From Candidatus Spongiihabitans sp. (GTDB taxonomy: Bacteria > Pseudomonadota > Gammaproteobacteria > Arenicellales > Poriferihabitantaceae), in NCBI GenBank assembly GCA_965237725.1, contig OZ250151.1:2951883-3015882 (forward strand): DNA of 64,000 nt. The letters run 5' to 3'. A program made the translations under genes and the position numbers. The notes beneath the pieces are model-generated. The model was not told where the DNA came from. It worked only from the letters and a program-made list of their open reading frames with translations, and made no database searches. Within the stretch, counting starts at the first letter, position 1, and each line of letters starts with the position of its first letter. This document shows, in pieces, positions 44,685 through 53,892 of this stretch.

Positions 44685-45335
44685 TTAGCTCAAGCAACCT
44701 TCTATATAAAGGTCACAATATTTTTTTGCCTGCTTTATGGTCAGATCGTCTTTTCCTGTGGCCAGACTGTTCCACAATCCATCATCGAGAATATACAGGC
44801 CCACCGCCGCCTTTTTTGGATCAATTTCGATTTTTTGATCCGCTGCGGCTTGCTCGAACAACGGCGCAACAAGGGCATTGGAATACTTGCTGGCATCGCG
44901 TATCGGCTTAGCATATGCGGGGTTATGTCGACTGGCATTAGTAAAAGCCTGCCACGCCGCTGCGGTTTCCCAGGAATAGGATGGGTTGGCAAAACTCGAA
45001 TAGGCGATTTGTTTAATTTTATCTACCGCGGTAAGAGAATTGTCTTCGGAGATTTGTTTTTTTATACCCAAAGCCATATCAAACCAGTTGGTCAAGGCCG
45101 CTAGCAGCAATTCTTCCTTGCTATCAAAGTAATGGGCAATTAATCCCCGGGATGCGCCGGCCTGGGCACAAATCCTTTCCACCGTAGCACCGGCAATATC
45201 ATATTTGGCAACGGTAATTATGGCTGCATTGAGCAGGCTTGTTTGCCGGTATTCTCGATTCTCTGCCTGGGTGCGTCGCCGGGGCGGGGATTTGACTTCG
45301 TTGGATGACGAAGCCTGCTGGAAATTTGGATTCAC
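44685..45335 (-). CDS. TetR-family regulator (BetI-like)
   Basis: HTH ATVERICAQAGASRGLIAHYFDSKEELL. It is the first gene of the minus-strand operon and is divergent from the MttB-family gene. Confidence 0.85.
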   Translation of the reverse strand: MNPNFQQASSSNEVKSPPRRRTQAENREYRQTSLLNAAIITVAKYDIAGATVERICAQAGASRGLIAHYFDSKEELLLAALTNWFDMALGIKKQISEDNSLTAVDKIKQIAYSSFANPSYSWETAAAWQAFTNASRHNPAYAKPIRDASKYSNALVAPLFEQAAADQKIEIDPKKAAVGLYILDDGLWNSLATGKDDLTIKQAKKYCDLYIEGCLS

Positions 45336-45385
45336 GATTGCCTGGTGTTTATTTAAAGGTTGCCAAAAAACATTGGACAGTCATC

Positions 45386-45402
45386 ATAATAATGGCTATT
45401 AT
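45386..45402. promoter_or_regulatory. Candidate TetR operator in the divergent promoter region
   Basis: ATAATA-atggc-TATTAT is a perfect 6-5-6 palindrome nested in ATTGGA...TCCAAT. It lies midway between the tetR start (45335) and the mttB-like start (45458). Confidence 0.35.
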
Positions 45403-45457
45403 CCAATAAAATCATTGTAGTATCAAGATTAATATTACAGCAGGTTTATAACCGAAT

Positions 45458-47011
45458 ATGACCAAAGCAGTAAAAAGTTCACGACGCAGCGGGCGCACCG
45501 GGGGTAGAAAAAGCCGACAGGCTGAACGCAGCTCTCCTACTATCGTACGCTTCCCGTATATCGCCAGAAAAATCGCGACCTATGACGTGCTTAGCGAAGA
45601 AGGGTTATGTCTAATTGAACAAAATGCCAATAAGCTACTCAAGGAAATTGGTATGGAGTTTACCGATGACCCGGAAATTCTGGCTTTGTTTAAAGACGCT
45701 GGCGCCGATGTACAGGGAACCCGGGTAAGATTTGATTTTGATCATCCACGCCAGATTATCCAGGCCACCGCGCCGTCACAGTTTACTCAACACGCTCGCA
45801 ACCCCGAGAACAGTGTGGTTCTCGGTGGCAACAATACCGTGTTCGGGCCATCCTGGGGTCCACCCTTCATTCATAATCTGGACGAAGGTCGGCGCTATGC
45901 CACGCTGGAAGATTTTCACAAGCTGGTGAAAATTCACCAGATGATTCCATGGTTGCATCATTCCGGCGGCATTGTCTGTGAGCCCACAGATCTCCCGGTG
46001 AACAAGCGCCATCTCGACATGTTGCTGGGACACTTTCGTTATAGTGATCGAGGTTGTTTTGGCGGTTTGATTGGCGCCGAGCGAGCACAGGATTCGGTCA
46101 ACATGGCAAAGATTTTATTTGGCGAAGAATTTGTTGATCAGAATTGTGTGCTCTATTCTGTGGCCAATACTAATGCGCCCCTGGTACTTGATGTTGCCAT
46201 GTCCGGCGCACTCAAGACCTATGCGGCCAATAACCAGGCCGTGGCCTGTACCCCCTGGACCCTGGCCGGAGCGATGAGCCCCTGTACCGTTGCTGGCACG
46301 CTGGCTCAGGTGCTGGCAGAAACCATGGCGGTATGCGCACTGACCCAATTGGTTAGGCCTGGTGCGCCCTGCCTGATGGGGAGTTTTGCTACCGCCATTT
46401 CCATGCAAACCGGCGCGCCTACCTTTGGCAACCCCGAAGGTGCAAAACTGGTACTCTCGGCAGGGCAATTAGCGCGACGACTGGGTGTGCCGTTTCATAC
46501 CGTGGGGGCACTTTCCGCTTCCAAACTGCCCGATGGTCAGGCCGAACAGGAAGCCACTATGGGATTGACCATGGCGGTACTTGCCGGTGCTAATTTTATT
46601 AATCATTCCACCGGCTGGCTCGAAGGTGGTCTGGTGACCGGATTTGAAAAGACCATACTCGACGCTGATTTATGCGGCAAGATTATCGACTTCTGCCAGG
46701 GAATCGATCTATCCACCGAAGCCCAGGCCCTGGAAGCCATCGCCGAGGTTGGCCCTGGGGCGCATTTTCTGTCGAGCCAGCATACCCTGTCTAATTTCGA
46801 AAATGCGTTCTATATGTCTAACGTCGCAGACAGCAATTCCTATGAACAATGGAGTTCTGAAGGCGAGCTGGATGCGGCCCAGCGCGCCAATAAAGTCTGG
46901 AAAAATTATCTGGAAAGTTATGAAGAACCTGTGCTCGATCCTGGGAAGCTGGAAGCCCTTGAAGAATATGTCATGACACGCAAGAATTCCATGCCCGATA
47001 TGAACTACTGA
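45458..47011 (+). CDS. MttB-superfamily methyltransferase, non-pyrrolysine member (quaternary-amine methyltransferase-like)
   Basis: 517 aa, uninterrupted from ATG to TGA with no in-frame TAG. Length and motifs (IHQMIPWLHHSGG, NTNAPLVLD, GAPTFGNPEGA, FINHSTGWLEGGL) fit the trimethylamine-methyltransferase TIM-barrel family. Confidence 0.85.
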   Translation: MTKAVKSSRRSGRTGGRKSRQAERSSPTIVRFPYIARKIATYDVLSEEGLCLIEQNANKLLKEIGMEFTDDPEILALFKDAGADVQGTRVRFDFDHPRQIIQATAPSQFTQHARNPENSVVLGGNNTVFGPSWGPPFIHNLDEGRRYATLEDFHKLVKIHQMIPWLHHSGGIVCEPTDLPVNKRHLDMLLGHFRYSDRGCFGGLIGAERAQDSVNMAKILFGEEFVDQNCVLYSVANTNAPLVLDVAMSGALKTYAANNQAVACTPWTLAGAMSPCTVAGTLAQVLAETMAVCALTQLVRPGAPCLMGSFATAISMQTGAPTFGNPEGAKLVLSAGQLARRLGVPFHTVGALSASKLPDGQAEQEATMGLTMAVLAGANFINHSTGWLEGGLVTGFEKTILDADLCGKIIDFCQGIDLSTEAQALEAIAEVGPGAHFLSSQHTLSNFENAFYMSNVADSNSYEQWSSEGELDAAQRANKVWKNYLESYEEPVLDPGKLEALEEYVMTRKNSMPDMNY

Positions 47012-47136
47012 TTGAAATTTTAATTTTTAACAATGCTTGCAAACTTGGGCCTTCCCTGCAGCCCCAGAAATTCCCATTACGATGTCCTACGAGATGAGAT
47101 AATCTCACCGAATATAACAAATGATCGAATTAAACG

Positions 47137-49569
47137 ATGAATAATTCAAACAAGCATATTGTAATTATCGGTGGCGGTGCTGCTGGGCTGAGTACCGCAT
47201 ACCACCTTGGCAAGCTGGGCTGCCCCAATGTTTTGCTTCTGGAACGCAACGAATTAACCAGTGGCACGTCCTGGCATGCGGCGGGAATTGTTGGGCCGCT
47301 GCGGGCCAGTCAGAATCTAACCACCCTGGCCAAATATGCCATTGAGTTATTTCCGAAACTCGAAGCCGAGACCGGTCAGGCCACAGGCTATAAACAAACC
47401 GGTGGATTGTGGTTAACCCAGGAGCACCACCGAATAACCGAGTTGAAACGCATTGCCGCCATGGGGGAAATGAACGATTTGCATGGCGAGTTTCTGACCC
47501 CGGGTGAAGTCAAGGAAAGATTTGACATGATCAATGTCGATGATCTGGCTGGGGCAATGTGGCTGGAACAGGACGGCCAGGTCAACCCAGTGGATATGTG
47601 TATGGCGTTTGCTAAAGGGGCTCGCGCTAATGGGGTAGAAATTCGCGAGCAGGCAGGTGTTGCCGCTATTGATGTTGACAATGGTATGGCCAGGGCGGTG
47701 GTGCTGGATTCCGGAGAGCGCATGGAATGTGACATCATCGTCAACTGTGCAGGACTGTGGGCCCGGCATATTGGCGAACTCGCCGGGGTGAATGTGCCAT
47801 TACATGCGGTTGAGCATATGTATGTTGTCAGTGAGCCGATTCCCGAAATGCCATTACCCTGGCCGGTTATTCGTGATATGGAGGGGGCGCTGTATATCAA
47901 GGAAGATGCCGGGAAACTGGTGCTCGGTGTGTTTGAACCCAATGCCAAATTATGGGACCACAAAAGTGTAAACCCAAAATCATCGTATATGATTTTTGAA
48001 GAGGATTGGGATCACATCGAACCAATGATGATAAGTGGGATTAACCGTATTCCCAGATTCGAAACCTTAGGGTTAACTCATTTTATGACCGGACCGGAAA
48101 GCTTTACCCCGGATACCAAACAGTTAATGGGGATTTCATCCGAGGTCGAAAATTTCTATGTCGCCGCCGGATTTAATTCTCTGGGTATTATGTCGTCGCC
48201 TGGCGTAGGCAAAGCGATGGCAGACTGGGTTGTCCAGGGTAGATCGCCCATCGATTTGTGGGAGGTAGATATTGCCCGATTCCAGCCCAAAGATAATGAC
48301 ATCGATTTTCTCCACACTCGAATTCCCGAAGCGGTTTCCAATCAATTCGATATGCACTGGCCCAACAAGCAATATAAAACCGGGCGAAATCGAACCCAGT
48401 CTGTCTGGCATGACAAGATGGCTGAACTGGGTGCGGTATTTGGTGGGCTGGCTGGCTGGGAGCGACCTTTGTGGTTTGCTCAAGATGATGAACCAAAACA
48501 ACTGGAATACAGTTATAGCGACCAGAACTGGTGGCCGGTAGCCATGCGGGAATCCAAGATGCTGGAGAAATCTGGGGCGTTATTTGAATTGTCACCATTC
48601 ACAAAAATTATGGTGGAAGGCGGCGATGCTACGGCGGCGATGCAATGGCTATGCACCAATAACATTGACGTCGAAGTGGGGAAGGTGGTGTATACCCTGA
48701 TGTTGAATGACGCCGGTGGGATTGAAGGCGAAATAACCGTGTCGCGACTGTCACAGGATCAATACTTATTGATAACAGCATCAGCAACCCGGGCAAAAGA
48801 TATTGCCTGGATTGATCGAAACAGCAGAAGTTTTGATGTTTCCATATCCGACATAACCGACAACTTTTCTGTGCTTGGTGTTATGGGACCAAATTCTAAA
48901 TCCCTGATGGAAAAGATTTGTGATGATCAATTTGATGTTGACCAATTCCCATTTGGTCGAACAAAGTTGTTAAGTATTGACGAAAAGGAAGTTCGTGGAT
49001 CGCGCTTAAGTTTTGTCGGTGAGCAGGGCTGGGAATTATTAATCCCAAATGAGTGTGCAATACAGATATTTGAAACGGTTGTAGAAGAAGCACAAAAACT
49101 CGACATGGGCATGGCCGGATTTCTGACCATGGAATGTTGTCGTCTTGAAAAAGGTTATCTGCACTGGGGTCATGATATTGGCCCGGAGGAAAATCCCTAC
49201 CAGGCTGGCCTCGGATTTGCGGTTAAGCGAAACAAGCCTGGAGGATTTTTGGGGCTCGGTGGGTTAACCAAACTGGTTGATGCCGGAATTACCCAAAAAC
49301 TGGTGTTGTTCGAGGCTATTGATTCACGACCGTTATTGCTTCACGATGAGCCATTATTCCTCAACGATAAATGGGTTGGCAGAACCACTTCAGGGGGAAT
49401 GGCCATGCGTACTGATAAACCGCTGTGTTTTGGTTATGTTGACACGACATTGGTTGGCGACAATATTGCAGGCACAAAGTTTACCGTACAGGTCCAGGGT
49501 GAGATGCATAATTTGATCGCCCTAGGGAAACCACCTTACGATCCCCAAGGTCAGCGGATGCGGGGATAA
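47137..49569 (+). CDS. FAD-dependent oxidoreductase with C-terminal GcvT/folate domain (dimethylglycine/sarcosine-dehydrogenase-like), copy 1
   Basis: 810 aa. IVIIGGGAAGLSTAYHL dinucleotide fold, covalent-FAD motif GTSWHAAGI, and C-terminal FVGEQGWELLIP and RLEKGYLHWGHD (aminomethyltransferase fold). Confidence 0.9.
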   Translation: MNNSNKHIVIIGGGAAGLSTAYHLGKLGCPNVLLLERNELTSGTSWHAAGIVGPLRASQNLTTLAKYAIELFPKLEAETGQATGYKQTGGLWLTQEHHRITELKRIAAMGEMNDLHGEFLTPGEVKERFDMINVDDLAGAMWLEQDGQVNPVDMCMAFAKGARANGVEIREQAGVAAIDVDNGMARAVVLDSGERMECDIIVNCAGLWARHIGELAGVNVPLHAVEHMYVVSEPIPEMPLPWPVIRDMEGALYIKEDAGKLVLGVFEPNAKLWDHKSVNPKSSYMIFEEDWDHIEPMMISGINRIPRFETLGLTHFMTGPESFTPDTKQLMGISSEVENFYVAAGFNSLGIMSSPGVGKAMADWVVQGRSPIDLWEVDIARFQPKDNDIDFLHTRIPEAVSNQFDMHWPNKQYKTGRNRTQSVWHDKMAELGAVFGGLAGWERPLWFAQDDEPKQLEYSYSDQNWWPVAMRESKMLEKSGALFELSPFTKIMVEGGDATAAMQWLCTNNIDVEVGKVVYTLMLNDAGGIEGEITVSRLSQDQYLLITASATRAKDIAWIDRNSRSFDVSISDITDNFSVLGVMGPNSKSLMEKICDDQFDVDQFPFGRTKLLSIDEKEVRGSRLSFVGEQGWELLIPNECAIQIFETVVEEAQKLDMGMAGFLTMECCRLEKGYLHWGHDIGPEENPYQAGLGFAVKRNKPGGFLGLGGLTKLVDAGITQKLVLFEAIDSRPLLLHDEPLFLNDKWVGRTTSGGMAMRTDKPLCFGYVDTTLVGDNIAGTKFTVQVQGEMHNLIALGKPPYDPQGQRMRG

Positions 49570-49572
49570 CAA

Positions 49573-51996
49573 ATGAAATCCCATGCCCAGGTCGTAGTCA
49601 TCGGTGGTGGCATCATGGGCTGCTCGCTGATTTATCACTTGACCAAATTTGGCTGGACCGATGTTGTCCTGGTAGAAAAAAATGAATTAACTGCCGGCTC
49701 GACCTGGCATGCGGCGGGGCTTTGCACCCACTATGCCCATAACATCACAGTAATGAATTTACGCGCCCACAGCGTAAAATTGTACAGCGGCATACTCGAA
49801 GCTGAAACCGGCCAGGCGGTGAGTTTCCATTCCACTGGGGCATTGAGAGTGACCACTAAAGCGGACCGCATGGATGAATTTCGCCACGTCCAGGGGCTGG
49901 GGAAATTTGCCGGTCACGATTTTAATATTTTAAACCCTGAAGAACTGAAAGCAATTTATCCACTGGTCAATACCGAGGGACTGCTTGGCGCGATTCATGA
50001 GCCCTATGATGGCTATGTGGATCCCAGCCAGGCCACCCACGCCATGGCAAAAGGTGCGCGGGACCGTGGTGCAGAGATCAATCGAAATAATCCCGTTGAA
50101 GGCATCGAACGCGTGGGTGGCGAGTGGCTGGTTCATACGAAGAACGGTGATATTCGGGCTGAACATATTGTTAACGCAGCAGGAACCTGGTGTCGCGAAA
50201 TTGGCACCATGATGGGAGTGGATCTGCCCGTGGTGCCGATGCTGCATCAATACATGGTCTTTGATCGAATTGAGGCATTTGCTAAAATTGAAAATGAAAT
50301 GCCATTTATCCGCGACCCGGATGAAAGTTGGTACCTTCGCCAGGAGAGGGATGGTGTGATTTTGGGGCCTTATGAGAAGAATGGAACTCCCTGGTCCATC
50401 GACGGTGTTCCGCCGGAATTTGGAATGGAGTTGTTGCCCCCTGAACTGGAACGCATCGAAGATATTGCTGGGGATTGTATGGCTCGGGTCCCTGCGGTTG
50501 CCGAAGGCGGAATTAAGAGTATTGTCAACGGTCCCATTACATTTACTCCGGACGCCAATCCCATGATTGGGCCAGCATTCAATCTGCCTAACGCCTGGGT
50601 ATTAACCGGTTCGAGTATGGGGGTAATGGAAGGGGGAGGGTCCGGTCAGTTTCTGGCCCAGTGGATTATTGGCGGCGAACCACCGGCAGATGCCCTGGCT
50701 ATTGATTCTCGACGCTTTGGCGGTTACGCCGATCGGGACTATCGAGTCGACAAGGCAGTAGAATGTTTCGCCGCCCAGTTTGGAATTCATTACCCCTACG
50801 AAGAACGCCCGGCTGGTCGGAAAAAACGGGTTACGCCAATCTATGACAGATTAAAGGCGTTGGGTGCGGTTTTTGGGTCCGCCTACGGCTGGGAGCGACC
50901 AAACTGGTTTGCACGAAACGGTAACGATGCATATGAAACCGAATCTGAATTGAGCTTTCAGCGCTGTAACTGGTTTGAAGCAGTTGCCGAAGAATGTCGT
51001 TGTGTTAGTGAGAACGTGGCGATTGCTGATGTAAGCGTGTTTAGTAAATTTAATATTACCGGTCCCCAGGCGAACCAGTTTATGGATTCCCTCGGTGCCA
51101 ATAGAGCGCCGGAGGTTGATGGAGAAATTAATCTCAATCACGTGCTCACACCTGGTGGCGGCGTTGCTTCAGAATTTTCTGTTACCAGGGTGGGGGACAA
51201 TCATTATTATCTGGTTTGCGCCGCCGCCGCTGAGCGCCATGACGAAGATCTGCTTCGTAACCGCGCTTCAGCATTTTCCGGGGTCGAAATTGAGAATGTC
51301 ACCGAGAAATTGGGCGTGCTTGGTGTGATGGGACCCAACGCTTGCAAAGTGTTAAGCGAGTTAAGCGCCACAGAATTTTCTCCATCCGGATTTCCCTGGC
51401 TAAGCGCCCAGAAAATTATTGTTGCCGGCATTGAAGTAGTAGCCATGCGGGTTTCCTATATCGGCGAGCCCGGGTGGGAGCTACACCATAGTGTTGAGCA
51501 TCAGGCAAATTTGTTCGATCAACTGTGGCAGGCGGGAGAAAAATATCAGATGGGTTTATATGGTGCTTTCGCCATGAACGCCATGCGTCTGGAAAAAGGC
51601 TATCGAGCCTGGGGTACGGAATATACGACAGAGCGCACACCATTGGAGGCGGGGAGTGGGATGTTTGTAAAGACAACGGATCGAGATTTCATCGGCAAAG
51701 CCAGTATGCTTCAGCGCCACCAATCACCAGATCACTGGCATATGCATTTGCTGGAAATTGCGGACACAGGAGAAGATCCGTTTTACGCCCATACGGTTTT
51801 AAATAATGGTCAGCCCGTTGGAATTGTCACCTCGGGCGCATACGGCCACCGAGTTCAGAAACCGCTGGCACTAGCCTATTTCAGTAAGCAACCCGATGAC
51901 GCTGAACTAAAGGTTGAAATTTTAGGAAAAAATGTCCCAGCAAGAATTTTGAAAACGCCACCTTACGATTGTAAAAACAAGTTAATGCGCGAGTGA
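49573..51996 (+). CDS. FAD-dependent oxidoreductase with C-terminal GcvT/folate domain (dimethylglycine/sarcosine-dehydrogenase-like), copy 2
   Basis: 807 aa. VVVIGGGIMGCSLIYHL, GSTWHAAGL, YIGEPGWELHH and RLEKGYRAWGTE. Starts 3 bp after copy 1. Confidence 0.9.
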   Translation: MKSHAQVVVIGGGIMGCSLIYHLTKFGWTDVVLVEKNELTAGSTWHAAGLCTHYAHNITVMNLRAHSVKLYSGILEAETGQAVSFHSTGALRVTTKADRMDEFRHVQGLGKFAGHDFNILNPEELKAIYPLVNTEGLLGAIHEPYDGYVDPSQATHAMAKGARDRGAEINRNNPVEGIERVGGEWLVHTKNGDIRAEHIVNAAGTWCREIGTMMGVDLPVVPMLHQYMVFDRIEAFAKIENEMPFIRDPDESWYLRQERDGVILGPYEKNGTPWSIDGVPPEFGMELLPPELERIEDIAGDCMARVPAVAEGGIKSIVNGPITFTPDANPMIGPAFNLPNAWVLTGSSMGVMEGGGSGQFLAQWIIGGEPPADALAIDSRRFGGYADRDYRVDKAVECFAAQFGIHYPYEERPAGRKKRVTPIYDRLKALGAVFGSAYGWERPNWFARNGNDAYETESELSFQRCNWFEAVAEECRCVSENVAIADVSVFSKFNITGPQANQFMDSLGANRAPEVDGEINLNHVLTPGGGVASEFSVTRVGDNHYYLVCAAAAERHDEDLLRNRASAFSGVEIENVTEKLGVLGVMGPNACKVLSELSATEFSPSGFPWLSAQKIIVAGIEVVAMRVSYIGEPGWELHHSVEHQANLFDQLWQAGEKYQMGLYGAFAMNAMRLEKGYRAWGTEYTTERTPLEAGSGMFVKTTDRDFIGKASMLQRHQSPDHWHMHLLEIADTGEDPFYAHTVLNNGQPVGIVTSGAYGHRVQKPLALAYFSKQPDDAELKVEILGKNVPARILKTPPYDCKNKLMRE

Positions 51997-52083
51997 AATG
52001 ACTAGTGCGGGTTGATTACCAATATGCCAGTCAATATTTTCATGTTTTCAACTGCCTGGTTGTTGATATGCGTAAAGAGTCGA

Positions 52084-52941
52084 CTAATCGCAGAATTCAT
52101 GGAGCCTGTCTGCTGCGAGCTTTGCAAAGTCCAAATTTGACGGATGCGAAGCACCCCGAACAGCCCCCACAGTTTTGCTGACGTCTAATAAAATTACTTC
52201 TCCGTTGACTATTGTGTAGTCGAGTTTGCCGTAATCCATCCCAAGCTTGTACCTGATATCTATAACATCTGGATGAGGGTCGGTAACTTCTCTTTTGAAA
52301 GCAGAAGCTCCAGTGACAATTTTATTATATGAATAAAGTTTCTGACCCAGGTTATATGATCCAAAGAATTTGTAGTAGTTAAGGCAATATACGTCACCCA
52401 TAGGTTCGAGTAAACATTCAGGCAAGAATTTTTCGACGACAAGCGTAGGGTCTAAGAAATATTTTTCTGGCATGTCCTTGAGATTATTAAAAATTTTGTA
52501 ATCAGTTTGAGACAGGAAATAATTACTGGGGTTACCTAAAAAGCGCATGGCTTTTAGCCATTGAATGGAAATAAAGTTTTTTGTAATCAATTTTTCTGGC
52601 CAACCACCAAAATTCAAATCGGTTTTAACTATAACCTCACCTTGATAATTGTCATCTGGAGAAACCTGCTGCCTGCTAAATTGACTCTTGCGTATGTCAG
52701 AAATTTTTTGGTTTATGACTACCGGGTACTGATTTGCGAACCCCAGATATTCATCAGGAACAACGGATAGATCCACATGCATAACACATAAATCAGCAGG
52801 TGCAAATTTATCAATACCATATAGCTCAATCACATTGTGGCCATCATTTCTCCATCTGTTAATGATGTCGGAAATGGCATATTTTTTCAGCCCATAGGCT
52901 TTGGAGCGTTTGTGACTAAGAATTACAATAGTTTTTGACAT
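52084..52941 (-). CDS. Hypothetical protein with ATP-grasp-like motif order
   Basis: 285 aa. VVINQKISDIRKSQF, GEVIVKTDLNFGG, LVVEKFLP and YGKLDYTIVNGEVILLDVSKTVG follow the order of ATP-grasp nucleotide-binding elements. The gene is AT-rich. Confidence 0.45.
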   Translation of the reverse strand: MSKTIVILSHKRSKAYGLKKYAISDIINRWRNDGHNVIELYGIDKFAPADLCVMHVDLSVVPDEYLGFANQYPVVINQKISDIRKSQFSRQQVSPDDNYQGEVIVKTDLNFGGWPEKLITKNFISIQWLKAMRFLGNPSNYFLSQTDYKIFNNLKDMPEKYFLDPTLVVEKFLPECLLEPMGDVYCLNYYKFFGSYNLGQKLYSYNKIVTGASAFKREVTDPHPDVIDIRYKLGMDYGKLDYTIVNGEVILLDVSKTVGAVRGASHPSNLDFAKLAADRLHEFCD

Positions 52942-52944
52942 GGT

Positions 52945-53865
52945 CTATTTTCTAACTGCAATTAATCCGGCACTAGCGATCAGAATCATACCGAGAATGG
53001 TTAAGCCATCGGGAACTTCCGCAAAAATAGTTATACCCCAAAGTGCGCTAAATGCCAGATAAGAATAATCAAATGACGCCACTATGGAAGAAGGTGCATT
53101 TTGGTATGCGATTGCTGAAAATAGACTACCCAGGATTATTACAATTCCGAGTACACTCATGGCCAGCCATTTTTTGGCGTCCAGGTGGGTCCAGTCTCCC
53201 AGCAAAAACGGATTTAAAGTTTTGATTGAATCTTCAGGTGACCAGATTGAAAGCACGATTGTTGCTACTGCGCCCATTGCAATGAAAGTGAAGTTCAGAG
53301 TTAACGAAAGAATTTTTGGATTTTCGTGTAAACATTTTGTACGTGTCAGTATCATCGCCAGTGAATAAAGTATCGCCGCGATCAGGGGCAAAAGAACATA
53401 GCCATTAAAACCATCTGTGTCCGGTCGGACTATGATTAGCACCCCGGTAAATCCAATTATGATTGCCGCCCATGATTTTAATCCTACCTTATCTCCCGTG
53501 AACATCGCAGAAAATAAGGTAATGAACAATGGGATGGTGTAGTACACCGCCGCAGCTACAGATAAATCGATGTGGGGCAGTGCTGTGTAGTATGCCACCC
53601 ACATACATGCCAACAACAGGCTTCTGATTGATGTCCAGCCTGGAAACTTCGGCATTAGTGAAAGCTGAGGCTCGCGCAGTTTAATAATCCCAATCAATAT
53701 GGGTACTGCGATCGCGGATCGGATCACATAGATTTGCCACAGCGGAAACGACACGCTGAGAAGTTTGATGATGGCATCCCCAAATGAAAGTGCAAAAACC
53801 GCAAGTAGAATAGAAAAAATTGCGAGCCTGACATTGTCAGGCTGACTACTGTTTTGAGGACCCAT
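52945..53865 (-). CDS. DMT-superfamily (EamA-type) transporter
   Basis: 306 aa with about 10 TM helices in two EamA-like halves. Confidence 0.85.
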   Translation of the reverse strand: MGPQNSSQPDNVRLAIFSILLAVFALSFGDAIIKLLSVSFPLWQIYVIRSAIAVPILIGIIKLREPQLSLMPKFPGWTSIRSLLLACMWVAYYTALPHIDLSVAAAVYYTIPLFITLFSAMFTGDKVGLKSWAAIIIGFTGVLIIVRPDTDGFNGYVLLPLIAAILYSLAMILTRTKCLHENPKILSLTLNFTFIAMGAVATIVLSIWSPEDSIKTLNPFLLGDWTHLDAKKWLAMSVLGIVIILGSLFSAIAYQNAPSSIVASFDYSYLAFSALWGITIFAEVPDGLTILGMILIASAGLIAVRK

Positions 53866-53892
53866 AAGAATTAGTTGATTAGGCTGTAAATG

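Noticed and set aside
45458-47011. Pyrrolysine-encoding in-frame TAG in the MttB-family gene
   Set aside because: The ORF runs 517 codons from ATG to TGA with no internal stop. No pyl genes are seen in the window, so it is a non-Pyl family member.
47388-48598. Long antisense or alternative-frame ORFs inside GC-rich genes (e.g. 47388-47963, 48188-48598, 19889-20401, 11389-11712, 26556-26807)
   Set aside because: Each lies wholly within a gene with strong family motifs on the other strand or frame. Each has biased Arg/Pro/Ser/Gly composition typical of shadow ORFs. The same applies to the small overlapping ORFs such as 970-1158 and 3867-4082.
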